Below, piece after piece: positions 6,936-16,133 of a stretch of 32,000 bases of DNA. The first letter of the stretch is position 1. The number at the start of each line of letters is the position of its first letter. The position numbers and the translations under genes were made by a program. Source of the stretch: Gemmata obscuriglobus (GTDB lineage Bacteria; Planctomycetota; Planctomycetia; Gemmatales; Gemmataceae); assembly GCF_008065095.1 (NCBI RefSeq), contig NZ_CP042911.1, positions 1,920,001 to 1,952,000 on the forward strand. The letters run 5' to 3'. The notes under the pieces were generated by a model. The model ran no database searches, was not told the origin of the DNA, and saw nothing but the letters and a program-made list of their open reading frames with translations.

Positions 6936-9900
6936 TCACGGCTTCGCGCGGGGCGCCGGTGCGGTGCGAAGGGGCGCGGTCAGCTCGGCCACCTTCGCCT
7001 GTGCGGCCTTCAGCAGCGGGTCGCGCACGAAGTTGCTCGTGAAGCCCAGTTGGTGCGGCCCGGCGCTCTTGAGTGCGGCGGCCCCGCGCCTGACGGAGAA
7101 GCCCCAGTCGGCCGGCTCCTCGCCGTTCAGTTTGAGTGCGACGGCGGTGGCGATGTCTCGCATCTGCAAGGTGCGTTCGCGCGAGGAGGCGAACTCGCGC
7201 GCGTCGCCGAACGCTGCCACCGCTGCGGCGGTGTCGGCCGCGGTTCCGCCCTGCGCGAGGTACAGCAGCGCCCAACCCCGCGCACGCTCTGTCCGCTTGG
7301 CATCGGCCGCAACGGCATGGGCCAGGGCCGCTCCTTCCCGGCAGTCGAGCATGAGGAGCGTCGAGAACCCGGAAACGGCGGCGTCCGGGTTCTCGCGTGC
7401 CCCGAGCCACGCCACAAACAGGCGCTGGAGGGCGGCCGGCGGGCGCCCCAGCGCGCCAGGTGCTGGCCGCTGCTCGGCACCGAGCCCGGCCCAGCAAGCG
7501 TGCCATGCGGTGTGTTCATCCCGTGGTGCATCGAGCCGCACGCGGTGCGCAGGCACCGCCTCAGTGCCAGGGAACGTGCCCAACAGGAGCATCGCGGGGT
7601 ACGTGCCGCGTTCCGGCGACCACTGCGTTAGCGCGGTCACCGCGTTTCGTTTCGCGTCGGCGGCGTACCAGCCCTTGAGATCCTGAGCCAGTCGCGCGTG
7701 GGCCGCCCGGTGCAACCGCTCGGCCGCGTTCGGGTTCTCGATCGCTTCGACTATTCCCACGAACGCCCGTTCGTTCGCCAGGAGTTCGGCGAAGATGGCG
7801 CGGGCGTCCGGGCCGGCGCCGGTGACGGCCTTGAGTTTCGTCCAGACCGGGTGCTTGAACGTGTCCGGGTTCGCGGCGAACGCGGCCGCGGCGCGCTGCC
7901 AGTCGGCCCGACGGAGCACGGGCAGGACGGCGGCGCACCGCCGCGCGATCTCGGGGTTGTCCGACTTCAGCCCCGCGAGTACGGCAGCCTTGGCCGGGGC
8001 ACCGAGTTCTTTCAGCTTCTCCTCCGCAGCCTCTCGTTCGGCAAAACTTTCACTGCCCAACTGCTCCACGAGTTGCGCTGCGACCGGGGCCGGCGGTTTC
8101 TTCGGCCCCTTCGGCTTTTGCTCATCAAGGAACGCCCGGGCCTTCGCGTGCGCCGCGGCGCGGGACGGGTCATCGTTGAAGCCGAAGTCTTCCGCGCCGT
8201 ACCCTGCGATTACGGGGCGCCGGTTCTCGCGCTGGAACAGCCCCTTGGCGCGGGCGAACCCGTACTCGAACGGGTCCTGGTCGCACAGCAAGAGCGCCAG
8301 CGCGACGGCGTGGTCGCTGGCGATCAGCCGGCGCGACCGCGGGCCGGGTGAATAACGGCTCGGTGGCGGGGGGAAAACAACAGGCGTGTCGTCGCCGTAG
8401 AGTTCGGCGAAGAGCGGCAGATCGCTCGCCGCGCCGAACTGTGCGACCGCGCGGAGGGCGCCGCACCGCTCGCCCGCGCTGCGCTTTCCGTCTCCGGCGA
8501 TGAGCCGCGCGGCCGGTAGCACATCGGCCGCTCGCGAAACGACGGCCAGATCGAAACTGTTGTACAGCACCGATGTGTCCGCTCGGCGCGGGAGCCACGC
8601 GGCGAGCAACTTCCAGAACACGCGATCGCTCCCGCTGGGGAGTGCGGCGGTCGCGTCGTACCGCTTCTCCGGCCCCGGGGCGATCTCCAGACCCCGCAGT
8701 CCCAGCGACATTCCTTTGGCGTAGTGCAGGCGCCCTTCGCCCGTCGAGAATAAGGCCCGGGTGTCGTTCGCCGGGGGAGCGGTTTCGGTTCCCGGGTAGC
8801 TCCCCAGGAACAGCAGATACGCGGCTTCCTCCGCGGTGTCCGCGGGCCAAACGGGGATGCGGAAGAACACCGCCATATTGCTCTGAAAGCGCGTCCCGAT
8901 CTCGGTCACCGCGTCACGGTACTGCCGGGCTGCGGCCGCCGGGTTGGCTTCCGCGGCGTCGAGCCGGGCGACCCACTCCGGGCGCTTCAGAATTCGGGCG
9001 AACAGCTCGCGCGATGCGGAAGTGTTCCCGGTGATCGCCTGGAACCGTTTCCAGATCGGGTGCGCGGGTTGCGGTTCGACCTTCGGGTCGAACCCCTTCA
9101 CCAGGGCGGCGAGTGCGTCTTTCCGCACCCCTACCAGCACCACCGCACACCGGGCGCGGACTTCGGGATCGTCGGACCGCAGCCCGGCCGTCAGCGCGGG
9201 TTCCGCTTTCGTGCCGTGCGCGCGGAGTGCTTTCTCCGCAGCCTCTCGTTCGGCAAAACTCTCACTGCCCAACTGCGCGATCAGCCTCGCCATCGAATCG
9301 TCAACGGGGTGCGGTGCCGGTGCGGTCGCGTTCCCGCGTGCGGGCGGCGCGTCGGCCGAACCGGTCATTGCCAGCCCGCCGCACGCGAGCGCGAGGCACA
9401 CCGCTCCCACGACCGCGCCGGCCCGCAACTGATCGAACAGCATGGCTTTCAGGACCACCGCCGCGGCCGCGCCCGCGGTTCCGCCGGCGGCGCCGCTCAC
9501 CGCGCCCGTCGTTGCCCGGGTGAGTTCGGCCGAAACGGTCATCGATCCGGAGGTCAGCACCGCGAGCGCGACCGAAGGCGCGACCCCGCGGGCGGCGAGT
9601 CGTGACGCGAGCTTGCGCTTCGCGGCGGCGAGCCGGCTGGAGACGGTGCCTTCTGGTACGCCGAGTTCCGTTGCCGCCTCGCGCCGCGACAGCCCTCTTA
9701 ACTCGCACAGCACCACCGCCACGCGGTACAACTCTGGAAGCCGCGCGAGTTCCTCGTCGACGATCGCGGCCTGCTCGGCGACCGCGAGCGCGTCGCCGGG
9801 CGCCGGGGCCGGGCTCGTGTGATCCCGTTTCCGATCCGGGTCAGCGCGTCGCTCGCGCCGGTCGCGTGCGAGTCGCACCCCGCGGGCGGTCCGCACGGCG

Positions 9901-10175
9901 ACCCCGTACAGCCACCCGGCCACGTTCGCCCCGCGCACGCTCCCCGCCTTGCGGGCCAGCACCAGGAACGTCGCCTGGAACGCGTCCTCCGCGTCGTGCG
10001 GGTCGGACAGCACCCGCCGACACACCGCGAGGACCATTGATCCGTGCCGGCGGACCAACTCCGCGAACGGGTTTTCGGCGCGCGACGCGATGAACGCGCT
10101 CAGGAGTTGCGCGTCCGTGTTCGGTGTGTCGTGGGCAAGGGCGAAACGCGCCAGCGCGACGGCGGAACGGGGCAC
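6936..10175 (-). CDS. Membrane-tethered ECF sigma factor fused to a large, internally duplicated extracytoplasmic region with HEAT-like motifs
   Basis: The start is GTG at 10175, with GGAGGG 7 nt upstream. Sigma region 2 reads DAEDAFQATFLVLARKA...VAGWLYGVAVRTA. Region 4 HTH reads LPELYRVAVVLCELRGLSRREAATELGVPEGTVSSRLAAAKRKL. A TM segment follows (LRAGAVVGAVCLALACGGLAMTG). After it come two ~400-aa repeats, each opening with L(I/V)xQLGSESFAEREAAExxL...AGL(R/K)SD(D/N)PE(V/I)xxRCAxVL. Confidence 0.85.
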   Translation of the reverse strand: MPRSAVALARFALAHDTPNTDAQLLSAFIASRAENPFAELVRRHGSMVLAVCRRVLSDPHDAEDAFQATFLVLARKAGSVRGANVAGWLYGVAVRTARGVRLARDRRERRADPDRKRDHTSPAPAPGDALAVAEQAAIVDEELARLPELYRVAVVLCELRGLSRREAATELGVPEGTVSSRLAAAKRKLASRLAARGVAPSVALAVLTSGSMTVSAELTRATTGAVSGAAGGTAGAAAAVVLKAMLFDQLRAGAVVGAVCLALACGGLAMTGSADAPPARGNATAPAPHPVDDSMARLIAQLGSESFAEREAAEKALRAHGTKAEPALTAGLRSDDPEVRARCAVVLVGVRKDALAALVKGFDPKVEPQPAHPIWKRFQAITGNTSASRELFARILKRPEWVARLDAAEANPAAAARQYRDAVTEIGTRFQSNMAVFFRIPVWPADTAEEAAYLLFLGSYPGTETAPPANDTRALFSTGEGRLHYAKGMSLGLRGLEIAPGPEKRYDATAALPSGSDRVFWKLLAAWLPRRADTSVLYNSFDLAVVSRAADVLPAARLIAGDGKRSAGERCGALRAVAQFGAASDLPLFAELYGDDTPVVFPPPPSRYSPGPRSRRLIASDHAVALALLLCDQDPFEYGFARAKGLFQRENRRPVIAGYGAEDFGFNDDPSRAAAHAKARAFLDEQKPKGPKKPPAPVAAQLVEQLGSESFAEREAAEEKLKELGAPAKAAVLAGLKSDNPEIARRCAAVLPVLRRADWQRAAAAFAANPDTFKHPVWTKLKAVTGAGPDARAIFAELLANERAFVGIVEAIENPNAAERLHRAAHARLAQDLKGWYAADAKRNAVTALTQWSPERGTYPAMLLLGTFPGTEAVPAHRVRLDAPRDEHTAWHACWAGLGAEQRPAPGALGRPPAALQRLFVAWLGARENPDAAVSGFSTLLMLDCREGAALAHAVAADAKRTERARGWALLYLAQGGTAADTAAAVAAFGDAREFASSRERTLQMRDIATAVALKLNGEEPADWGFSVRRGAAALKSAGPHQLGFTSNFVRDPLLKAAQAKVAELTAPLRTAPAPRAKP

Positions 10176-10268
10176 GGGGTAGCCCTCCGGTGTGACTGCT
10201 CACCGAAATAGTGTGCGGCGGCGGTCGGCGCGTCGCGCGAATGTGCGTGGCAACACGAAAACCCGATT

Positions 10269-10420
10269 CCAGTCGTTTCACGTTGTCGGTTGTGCGCCAC
10301 CCGCCTGCTGACGCAAGCGGTTCGACCGTGGCTTGTCGAACCCCCTGCGTCAGCAGGCGGGTGTAAGTGTTGGGTTCCGCGAGTGATCTCATCTCGGCCG
10401 CGCCAACTTGAAACGACTGG
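10269..10420. repeat. MITE/REP-like element with terminal inverted repeats and a central long hairpin
   Basis: The terminal inverted repeat is CCAGTCGTTTCACGTTG (10269-10285) against CAACTTGAAACGACTGG (10404-10420). The core is a perfect 18-bp inverted repeat: CACCCGCCTGCTGACGCA (10298-10315) against TGCGTCAGCAGGCGGGTG (10346-10363). It has no coding capacity. A truncated copy lies at 29990-30053, and related termini lie at 6694-6770. Confidence 0.6.
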
Positions 10421-10698
10421 AGTTCGCTCGCGGTGCGGTCGGCTGCTAGGCGATCGGTACTTCAGGTCATTGCGGCCCCTATGTCGCCCCGGTGAGGCCG
10501 GGTTCGTGAACAGTGAACGACATCATAAATGGCAGTAATCGCATCGTGAATAGCCGGGTCCGCCGGGCCCCATTTCCTCCCTCGAACTGGTCACAGCGTA
10601 CTCGTGCCTGATCGCAACTTGTCCAGTTGCCTGCCTGACCTTGATGCGATCTGTGTGATTTAGCCGGAAATTCTCTTCGGTACACGAATTGCATTTGC

Positions 10699-12294
10699 GT
10701 GCGCCGCCGTTCGCCACACGCCCGCGCTGCTCGCACCCTCCAACGAATTGGGGACGTGCCGGTAGCGCGGTTCACCCTGATCCGCCTTCGGAGGCCCGCC
10801 CGCGTGCGACCCGCCGTTCTCGCCGCTTTGACCTTGCTGCTGATCCACGGAACCGGGCGGGCGGCATCGCCCGCGGAGCTGGCGGCCCAGGTAGATGCGC
10901 GCATCGCCGCGCGGTGGAAGGCCGAGAAGGTTGCGCCCGCGGCTCTAGCCACCGACGCCGCGTTCGCGCGCCGCGCGTACCTCGATCTGGTCGGGCGCAT
11001 CCCGACGGTGGCGGAGGCGCGAGCGTTCATCAAGGACCGCGGCGCCGACAAGCGGCCGGCGCTCGTCGCGCGGCTGCTCGGCTCCGGCGGGTACGCCCGT
11101 CACTGGGCCACCTTCTGGCGCCGCGAGTGGGTGCCGCAGCCCCCGGCCGCGAGCGGCGACGAGATCGAGGGCTGGATCGCCGCCCAGTTGCGCGACAACG
11201 CCCCCTACGACCGCGTGGTCCGCGCCCTGCTGACCGCCCCGGCGGCGCGCGCCCCCGGGACCGCCCCGCAGACGTTCCTGGTCGCCAGCGAGTTCAAGCC
11301 CGAGAACCTCGCGGCCAACATCACCCGCGCGTTCCTGGGCATCAACCTGGACTGCGCGCAGTGCCACAACCACCCGTTCGCCCGCTGGACCCGCGACCAG
11401 TTCTGGGAAACGGCGGCGTTCTTCGCTCGCCCCTCGGAGGCCGGGGCCGGGGCTCAGAAGATCGAGATCGGCGTTCCGGGCACCGGCACGAAGCTCGGCC
11501 CGCAGCTCCTGACCGGGGAGCCGGTGACGTGGCCCGCGGCCCTCGCCCCCGACACCGGCCGCGGCGTGCTCGCCGCGTGGGTGACGAAGAAGGGCAACCC
11601 GTACTTCGCGAAGAACGCGGTCAACCGGGTGTGGGCGCAGCTCTTCGGCACCGGGCTGGTGGAACCGCTCGACGACCTGAGCGGCGAGAACCCCGCGAGC
11701 CACCCCGAACTGCTCGACGAACTCGCGGCGGCCTTCGCCGACAGCGGCTTCGACCTGAAGCACCTCACCGCTGCGCTGGTGCAGACGCGGACGTACCAGC
11801 TCTCGTCGGTGGCGCCACCGGGCGGCAGTTCGGACCCGCGGCTGTTCGCCCGCGCCGCCGTCCGCGGGCTGACGGGCGAGCAACTCTACGACAGCCTCCG
11901 GGGCGCGGCCGGGCTCCCGCCGGACCGCACCGACCTGGACCCGCTCAACGCGGCGGCCGCGCGCAAGCGGTTCGCCGAGCGGTTCCGGGGCGAGCGCGCG
12001 GGCACCGCCCAGCGGTCGATCCTGCAAAGCCTCGCCCTCATGAACGGCGCCGTCACCGCCGAACTGACCGACCCCGCCACGTCGCCGGCGCTCAAGGCGG
12101 TGGCGGGCGCGCCGTTCCTCGACGCCGCGGCGAAGGTGGAGGCGCTGTACCTCGCCGCGCTCGGGCGGACGCCGACCGCCGAGGAGTCCGCGGCGGCTGT
12201 CCGGCACCTGGCGCGCGGCGCGGACGCCGGCCCGGCGCTCGCGGACGTGCTCTGGGCGCTGCTCAACGGCAGCGAGTTCGGCACCAACCATTAA
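10699..12294 (+). CDS. DUF1549 (PSCyt2) / DUF1553 (PSD1) domain protein, exported
   Basis: DUF1549-type block: FARRAYLDLVGRIPTVAEARAF...LLGSGGYARHWATFWR...LGINLDCAQCHNHPFARWTRDQFW (CxxCH at 11353-11367). DUF1553-type block: NPYFAKNAVNRVWAQLFGTGLVEPLDDL...HPELLDELA..F...DLKHL...TRTYQLSS and a C-terminal LLNGSEFGTNH. There is a hydrophobic signal segment (AVLAALTLLLIHG). The start is ambiguous: GTG 10699 (track), GTG 10756, or GTG 10804 (the last has GGAGG 9 nt upstream). Confidence 0.85.
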   Translation: MRRRSPHARAARTLQRIGDVPVARFTLIRLRRPARVRPAVLAALTLLLIHGTGRAASPAELAAQVDARIAARWKAEKVAPAALATDAAFARRAYLDLVGRIPTVAEARAFIKDRGADKRPALVARLLGSGGYARHWATFWRREWVPQPPAASGDEIEGWIAAQLRDNAPYDRVVRALLTAPAARAPGTAPQTFLVASEFKPENLAANITRAFLGINLDCAQCHNHPFARWTRDQFWETAAFFARPSEAGAGAQKIEIGVPGTGTKLGPQLLTGEPVTWPAALAPDTGRGVLAAWVTKKGNPYFAKNAVNRVWAQLFGTGLVEPLDDLSGENPASHPELLDELAAAFADSGFDLKHLTAALVQTRTYQLSSVAPPGGSSDPRLFARAAVRGLTGEQLYDSLRGAAGLPPDRTDLDPLNAAAARKRFAERFRGERAGTAQRSILQSLALMNGAVTAELTDPATSPALKAVAGAPFLDAAAKVEALYLAALGRTPTAEESAAAVRHLARGADAGPALADVLWALLNGSEFGTNH

Positions 12295-12309
12295 TCGGAG
12301 ACCGACACC

Positions 12310-13239
12310 GTGAGATCCCACCGCCCGCGCCGCGGGTTCACCCTCATTGAGCTGCTGGTGGTGATCGCGATCATCGCGATCCTCATCGGGCTGCTGCTAC
12401 CCGCCGTGCAGAAGGTGCGGGCCGCCGCCGCCCGGCTCCAGTGCGCGAACAACCTGAAGCAGATCGGGCTGGCGGTCCACAACTACCACGACGCGGAAAA
12501 GGGCCTGCCCTACCTCGTCTTCAACAACACGTCGTCCGTCAGTCCGAAGCACGCCTGGACAGCGTACCTGTTGCCGTACCTGGAGCAGGGGGCGGTTGCG
12601 AGTTCGTATTCGTGGAACGTGGACTTCTCCGATCCGGCGAACCAAGCGGCCGCAAACGCCTCGATCCCGGTCTTCGTCTGCCCGGCGACGCCCCGCTCGA
12701 AGGCCAAGGTGGACCTCGTCCCCGGGTTCGCCACGGCGACGAACCCGGCGGTCACCGGCTCGCCGAGCGACTACGTCGGCTTCTGGCGGTTCTGGGACCC
12801 CATCGCGTTCCCAACGACGCCGTGGCGGGACACGGTCGGCGCGCTGGACGGGTACGACAACACCCAGCGCAAGCTGACGCAAATCACGGACGGCACGTCG
12901 AACACGGCGATCATCGGCGAGTCGGCCGGGCGGCCGGACAAGTGGGTGCGCGGGAAGTTGGACGGCGCCCTGCCGGTCCAACACGGGCTCGGCGGGGCGT
13001 GGGTCGGATGGGAAGCGACTTCGGTGAAGAGCTTCGACTCGACCGGCCAGACCAACCACGGCCCGTGCATTATCAACTGCTCGAACAACGGCGGGCTGTA
13101 CGGCTTCCACACCGGCGGCATCAACGTCCTCTTCGCGGACGGCTCGGTTCACTTCCTCCGGGACGGGGCGGACAAGTTGGTGGTCTACGCGCTCGTCAGT
13201 TACAACCTCGGCGAGGTCCTTTCGAACAGCGACTTCTGA
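12310..13239 (+). CDS. DUF1559 protein 1 (type IV pilin-like N-terminal cleavage/methylation signal, H-X9-DG C-terminal motif)
   Basis: GTG start. The N-terminus reads RRG|[52 protein letters not shown]. The conserved core is TDGTSNTAIIGE, and the C-terminal motif is GFHTGGINVLFADGSVHFL. Confidence 0.9.
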   Translation: MRSHRPRRGFTLIELLVVIAIIAILIGLLLPAVQKVRAAAARLQCANNLKQIGLAVHNYHDAEKGLPYLVFNNTSSVSPKHAWTAYLLPYLEQGAVASSYSWNVDFSDPANQAAANASIPVFVCPATPRSKAKVDLVPGFATATNPAVTGSPSDYVGFWRFWDPIAFPTTPWRDTVGALDGYDNTQRKLTQITDGTSNTAIIGESAGRPDKWVRGKLDGALPVQHGLGGAWVGWEATSVKSFDSTGQTNHGPCIINCSNNGGLYGFHTGGINVLFADGSVHFLRDGADKLVVYALVSYNLGEVLSNSDF

Positions 13240-13293
13240 CGGTTCAGGGTTCGCCACCCGTCCGTACTTCACTCAACCGTAACCCGTGAAGAC

Positions 13294-13719
13294 ATGAAGG
13301 TGATCGTTTTGGTTCGCCGTTCGTTCATTGCTTTCGCCTCGGCCGCAGCGGTGTCGTGTGGCGGCGCCGAACGGTCGGACGTTCAGCCCGTGCGGGGCAC
13401 GTGCCTCGCGGCCGGTCGTCCGGCCGTCGGCGCGCGCGTCGTTCTCGTGCCCGTCGCTGCCGGACGGGGTTCCCCCGCCTCCGGTGTCGCCGGTTCGGAC
13501 GGCACGTTCCGGCTCACGACGGTCACCAAAGACGACGGGGCGAAGGAGGGCGAGTACGCGGTCACGATCACGTGGCCGGACCCGCAGCGCGCCAACGGCG
13601 ACGGGACCGGCGAAGCGGCCGACCGGCTGCGCGGGGCGTACCGGGACCCCGCCAAGCCGTTCTGCCGGGTAACGGTCCGGCCGGGGGAGAACGAGTTACC
13701 CCCGTTCGAAATCAAGTGA
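13294..13719 (+). CDS. Small lipoprotein 1 (beta-sandwich / carboxypeptidase-regulatory-like), partner of DUF1559-1
   Basis: It has a signal plus lipobox-like AAAVSC|GG. It shares motifs with three paralogs downstream: P.RG.....G.P..GA.V, DGTFRLTT....[26 protein letters not shown], and a terminal P.FEI. The fold assignment is tentative. Confidence 0.75.
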   Translation: MKVIVLVRRSFIAFASAAAVSCGGAERSDVQPVRGTCLAAGRPAVGARVVLVPVAAGRGSPASGVAGSDGTFRLTTVTKDDGAKEGEYAVTITWPDPQRANGDGTGEAADRLRGAYRDPAKPFCRVTVRPGENELPPFEIK

Positions 13720-13788
13720 TGTCTCGTCCCGTACTCGACATCCGTCCCGGCTTGCAACCCAACGTTCACGCTCGATCCGAGGTGCTCC

Positions 13789-14712
13789 ATGAAGCGCGTC
13801 CGCTCCACTCGCCCCGCGTTCACCCTCATTGAGCTGCTGGTGGTGATCGCCATCATCGCGATCCTCATCGGCCTGTTGCTGCCGGCCGTGCAGAAGGTCC
13901 GCGCCGCCGCCGCCCGGATGGTGTGCGGCAACAACCTGAAGCAGATCGGGCTGGCGGTCCACAACTACGCCGGCGCCAACGAGGACTGCTTCCCGAAGTA
14001 CGACGGCACCAACCGCCGGCTGAGTTGGACCACGCTGCTGCTCCCGTACCTGGAGCAGGACAACGTGTACAAGATGATCGACCAGACCCAGACCTGGGCC
14101 GCGACCGCCAACGGGTGCCAGAACCGGGCCGCCGGGCAGGTCCCGCTCAAGGTGTTCGTGTGCCCGGCGAACCCCGGCGCACAGCGGATGCCGCTCATCG
14201 CCGACCCGGAGGTGACCGGCGGCAGCTTCCGCGCCGCGCCCACCGACTACACCGTGGCCGAGGGGTTCTACTACTCGACCAACCCGTTCAACTGGGTCGA
14301 GGGCACCATCCGCGGCACCGCCGCGATCGGCAAGCGGCGCATCACCGACGTGACCGACGGCACCTCGAACACGCTCGTCATCTTCGAGAACGCGGACGTG
14401 CCGAACCTGTGGATCAACGGCAAGCTGACCACCGACAACACGAACACGGTCACCACCTACCAGCACAGCAACAACGGCACCTGGTGCAACCCGAACAACA
14501 ACAACATGCGGGGCTGGGACGCGACCGGCACCGTCCAGTTCGGCCCGTACATCGTGAACAAGCGCAACGGGGCTGCGCTGTACGGGTTCCACACCGGCGG
14601 CGCGCACGCCCTCATCGGCGACGGGTCGGTCCGGTTCTTCGGCGAGAACACCACCGCCGAGACCGTCAAGCGGTACGTCAGCTTCAACGGCGGCGACATC
14701 AACGACGACTGA
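13789..14712 (+). CDS. DUF1559 protein 2 (pilin-like N-terminus, H-X9-DG)
   Basis: The N-terminus reads TRPA|[52 protein letters not shown]. The core is [12 protein letters not shown], and the C-terminal motif is [19 protein letters not shown]. Confidence 0.9.
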   Translation: MKRVRSTRPAFTLIELLVVIAIIAILIGLLLPAVQKVRAAAARMVCGNNLKQIGLAVHNYAGANEDCFPKYDGTNRRLSWTTLLLPYLEQDNVYKMIDQTQTWAATANGCQNRAAGQVPLKVFVCPANPGAQRMPLIADPEVTGGSFRAAPTDYTVAEGFYYSTNPFNWVEGTIRGTAAIGKRRITDVTDGTSNTLVIFENADVPNLWINGKLTTDNTNTVTTYQHSNNGTWCNPNNNNMRGWDATGTVQFGPYIVNKRNGAALYGFHTGGAHALIGDGSVRFFGENTTAETVKRYVSFNGGDINDD

Positions 14713-14753
14713 GCCGGGGCGGCCGAACCGTCCCGATCCGAGCGAGGGGCAGA

Positions 14754-15182
14754 ATGCGAATCTGGTTGACGATGGCCGCGGTGTGCGCGGCGCTGGCGGC
14801 GGCCGGGTGTGGCTCGAAGCGGCCCGGCGAGGTGCCCGTGTACCCGGTGAAGGGGCGGGTCACCTTCAGGGGCGAGCCGATGCCGCACGCGGTGGTCACC
14901 TTCTACCCGCTCGGGCAGCCGTTCGCGCAGGCGCTCAAGTGCCGCGCGAATGCCGACCCGGACGGGAACTATCGCCTCACCACTTATGAACTGAACGACG
15001 GCGCCCCGGAGGGCGAGTACGGGGTCATCCTGTACGTCCCGCCGGCGCCCCCGGAGCCGCACGCGCTCGAGGTGCCGAACCCGCCCGACCGCTTGAAGGG
15101 CGCGTACCTGGACCCCGCGAAATCGAAGCTGAGGTACACCGTCCGGCCCGAGCCGAACACCATTAACATCGACCTGCCGTAA
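14754..15182 (+). CDS. Small lipoprotein 2, partner of DUF1559-2
   Basis: The ATG at 14754 lies inside track ORF 13923..15182. The sequence is MRIWLTMAAVCAALAAAGC|GS (lipobox), VYPVKGRVTFRGEPMPHAVVTFYP, DGNYRLTTYELNDGAPEGEYGV, PDRLKGAYLDPAKS, PNTINIDLP. Confidence 0.75.
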   Translation: MRIWLTMAAVCAALAAAGCGSKRPGEVPVYPVKGRVTFRGEPMPHAVVTFYPLGQPFAQALKCRANADPDGNYRLTTYELNDGAPEGEYGVILYVPPAPPEPHALEVPNPPDRLKGAYLDPAKSKLRYTVRPEPNTINIDLP

Positions 15183-15189
15183 CGGAGGG

Positions 15190-16110
15190 GTGCGCGTGAA
15201 GCGGTTCACTCGCGGGTTCGCCGCGGTCGACCTGTTGGCGGCCGTCGCGCTGGGGACGGCCGCCGCCGGGCTGTTGCTCCCGGCCGTGCAGAAGGTGCGG
15301 GCGGCCGACGCCCGCGCCCGGTGCGCCGACCACCTGCGCCTGATCGGGAAGGGCGCGGCCGGGTACGCCGCGGCCCACGACGGGAACCTGCCGCGCGACG
15401 GCTCGGCGCCGCGCGGGAGTTGGAACAGCGAGATCCTGGCCCACATCGGCGAGGAGAAGCTGGCGAAGGCGTACGCCCCGGGCCAGGACTGGTTCGCGCC
15501 CGGCCCGGGCGGCAACCGGGACGTGGCCGCGACCCGCGTGCCCGCGTTCCTGTGCCCGGCGGCGCCGCACCCGGACCGCTGGGTGCTCACGCAGGACCCC
15601 GACGACGCCGCGCGGAGCTTCAAGGCCGCCCCGACGGACTACGTCGGCTCCGCGGGCGCGTACTACCAGAACAACGACCCGGGCAACCTGCACCCGGGCG
15701 CGATGCACCACCGCAAGATCACCCGCCGCATCCACGTGTCGGATGTTCAGGACGGCGCCGCCAACACGCTGCTGGTGGTCGAGATGGCGGACAAGCCGAA
15801 CGGGTGGCGCGCCGGGAAACTGGCCGAGGACCGGTCGGGGAAGCCGCAGATGCCGGCGCTCAACGGCCAGTGGGCGGCGCCGAACTGGAACCACCTGCGC
15901 TCGTACACGGCCGACGGCCGGGAGCAGTTCGGCCCGTGCGCGGTGAACTGCGCGAACGGGGCCAGCATCTACGGGTTCCACCCCGGGGGCGCGAACGCCC
16001 TGTTCGTGGGCGGGTCGGTGCGGTTCCTCAAGGCCGGGCTGTCCCAGGAACTGCTGGTCGCGCTCGTGAGCATCGCCGGCGGCGAGGTGCTCGGCCCGAA
16101 CGACTTTTGA
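15190..16110 (+). CDS. DUF1559 protein 3, divergent paralog with degenerate pilin signal and degenerate H-X9-DG motif
   Basis: GTG start at 15190. The N-terminus TRG|[44 protein letters not shown] replaces [16 protein letters not shown] (E5 becomes D, and the Ile/Val helix is replaced by Ala/Gly). The core [12 protein letters not shown] is retained. The C-terminal motif [19 protein letters not shown] has DG changed to GG. Confidence 0.8.
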   Translation: MRVKRFTRGFAAVDLLAAVALGTAAAGLLLPAVQKVRAADARARCADHLRLIGKGAAGYAAAHDGNLPRDGSAPRGSWNSEILAHIGEEKLAKAYAPGQDWFAPGPGGNRDVAATRVPAFLCPAAPHPDRWVLTQDPDDAARSFKAAPTDYVGSAGAYYQNNDPGNLHPGAMHHRKITRRIHVSDVQDGAANTLLVVEMADKPNGWRAGKLAEDRSGKPQMPALNGQWAAPNWNHLRSYTADGREQFGPCAVNCANGASIYGFHPGGANALFVGGSVRFLKAGLSQELLVALVSIAGGEVLGPNDF

Positions 16111-16133
16111 CCCACCACAGGAGATCCGGACTC

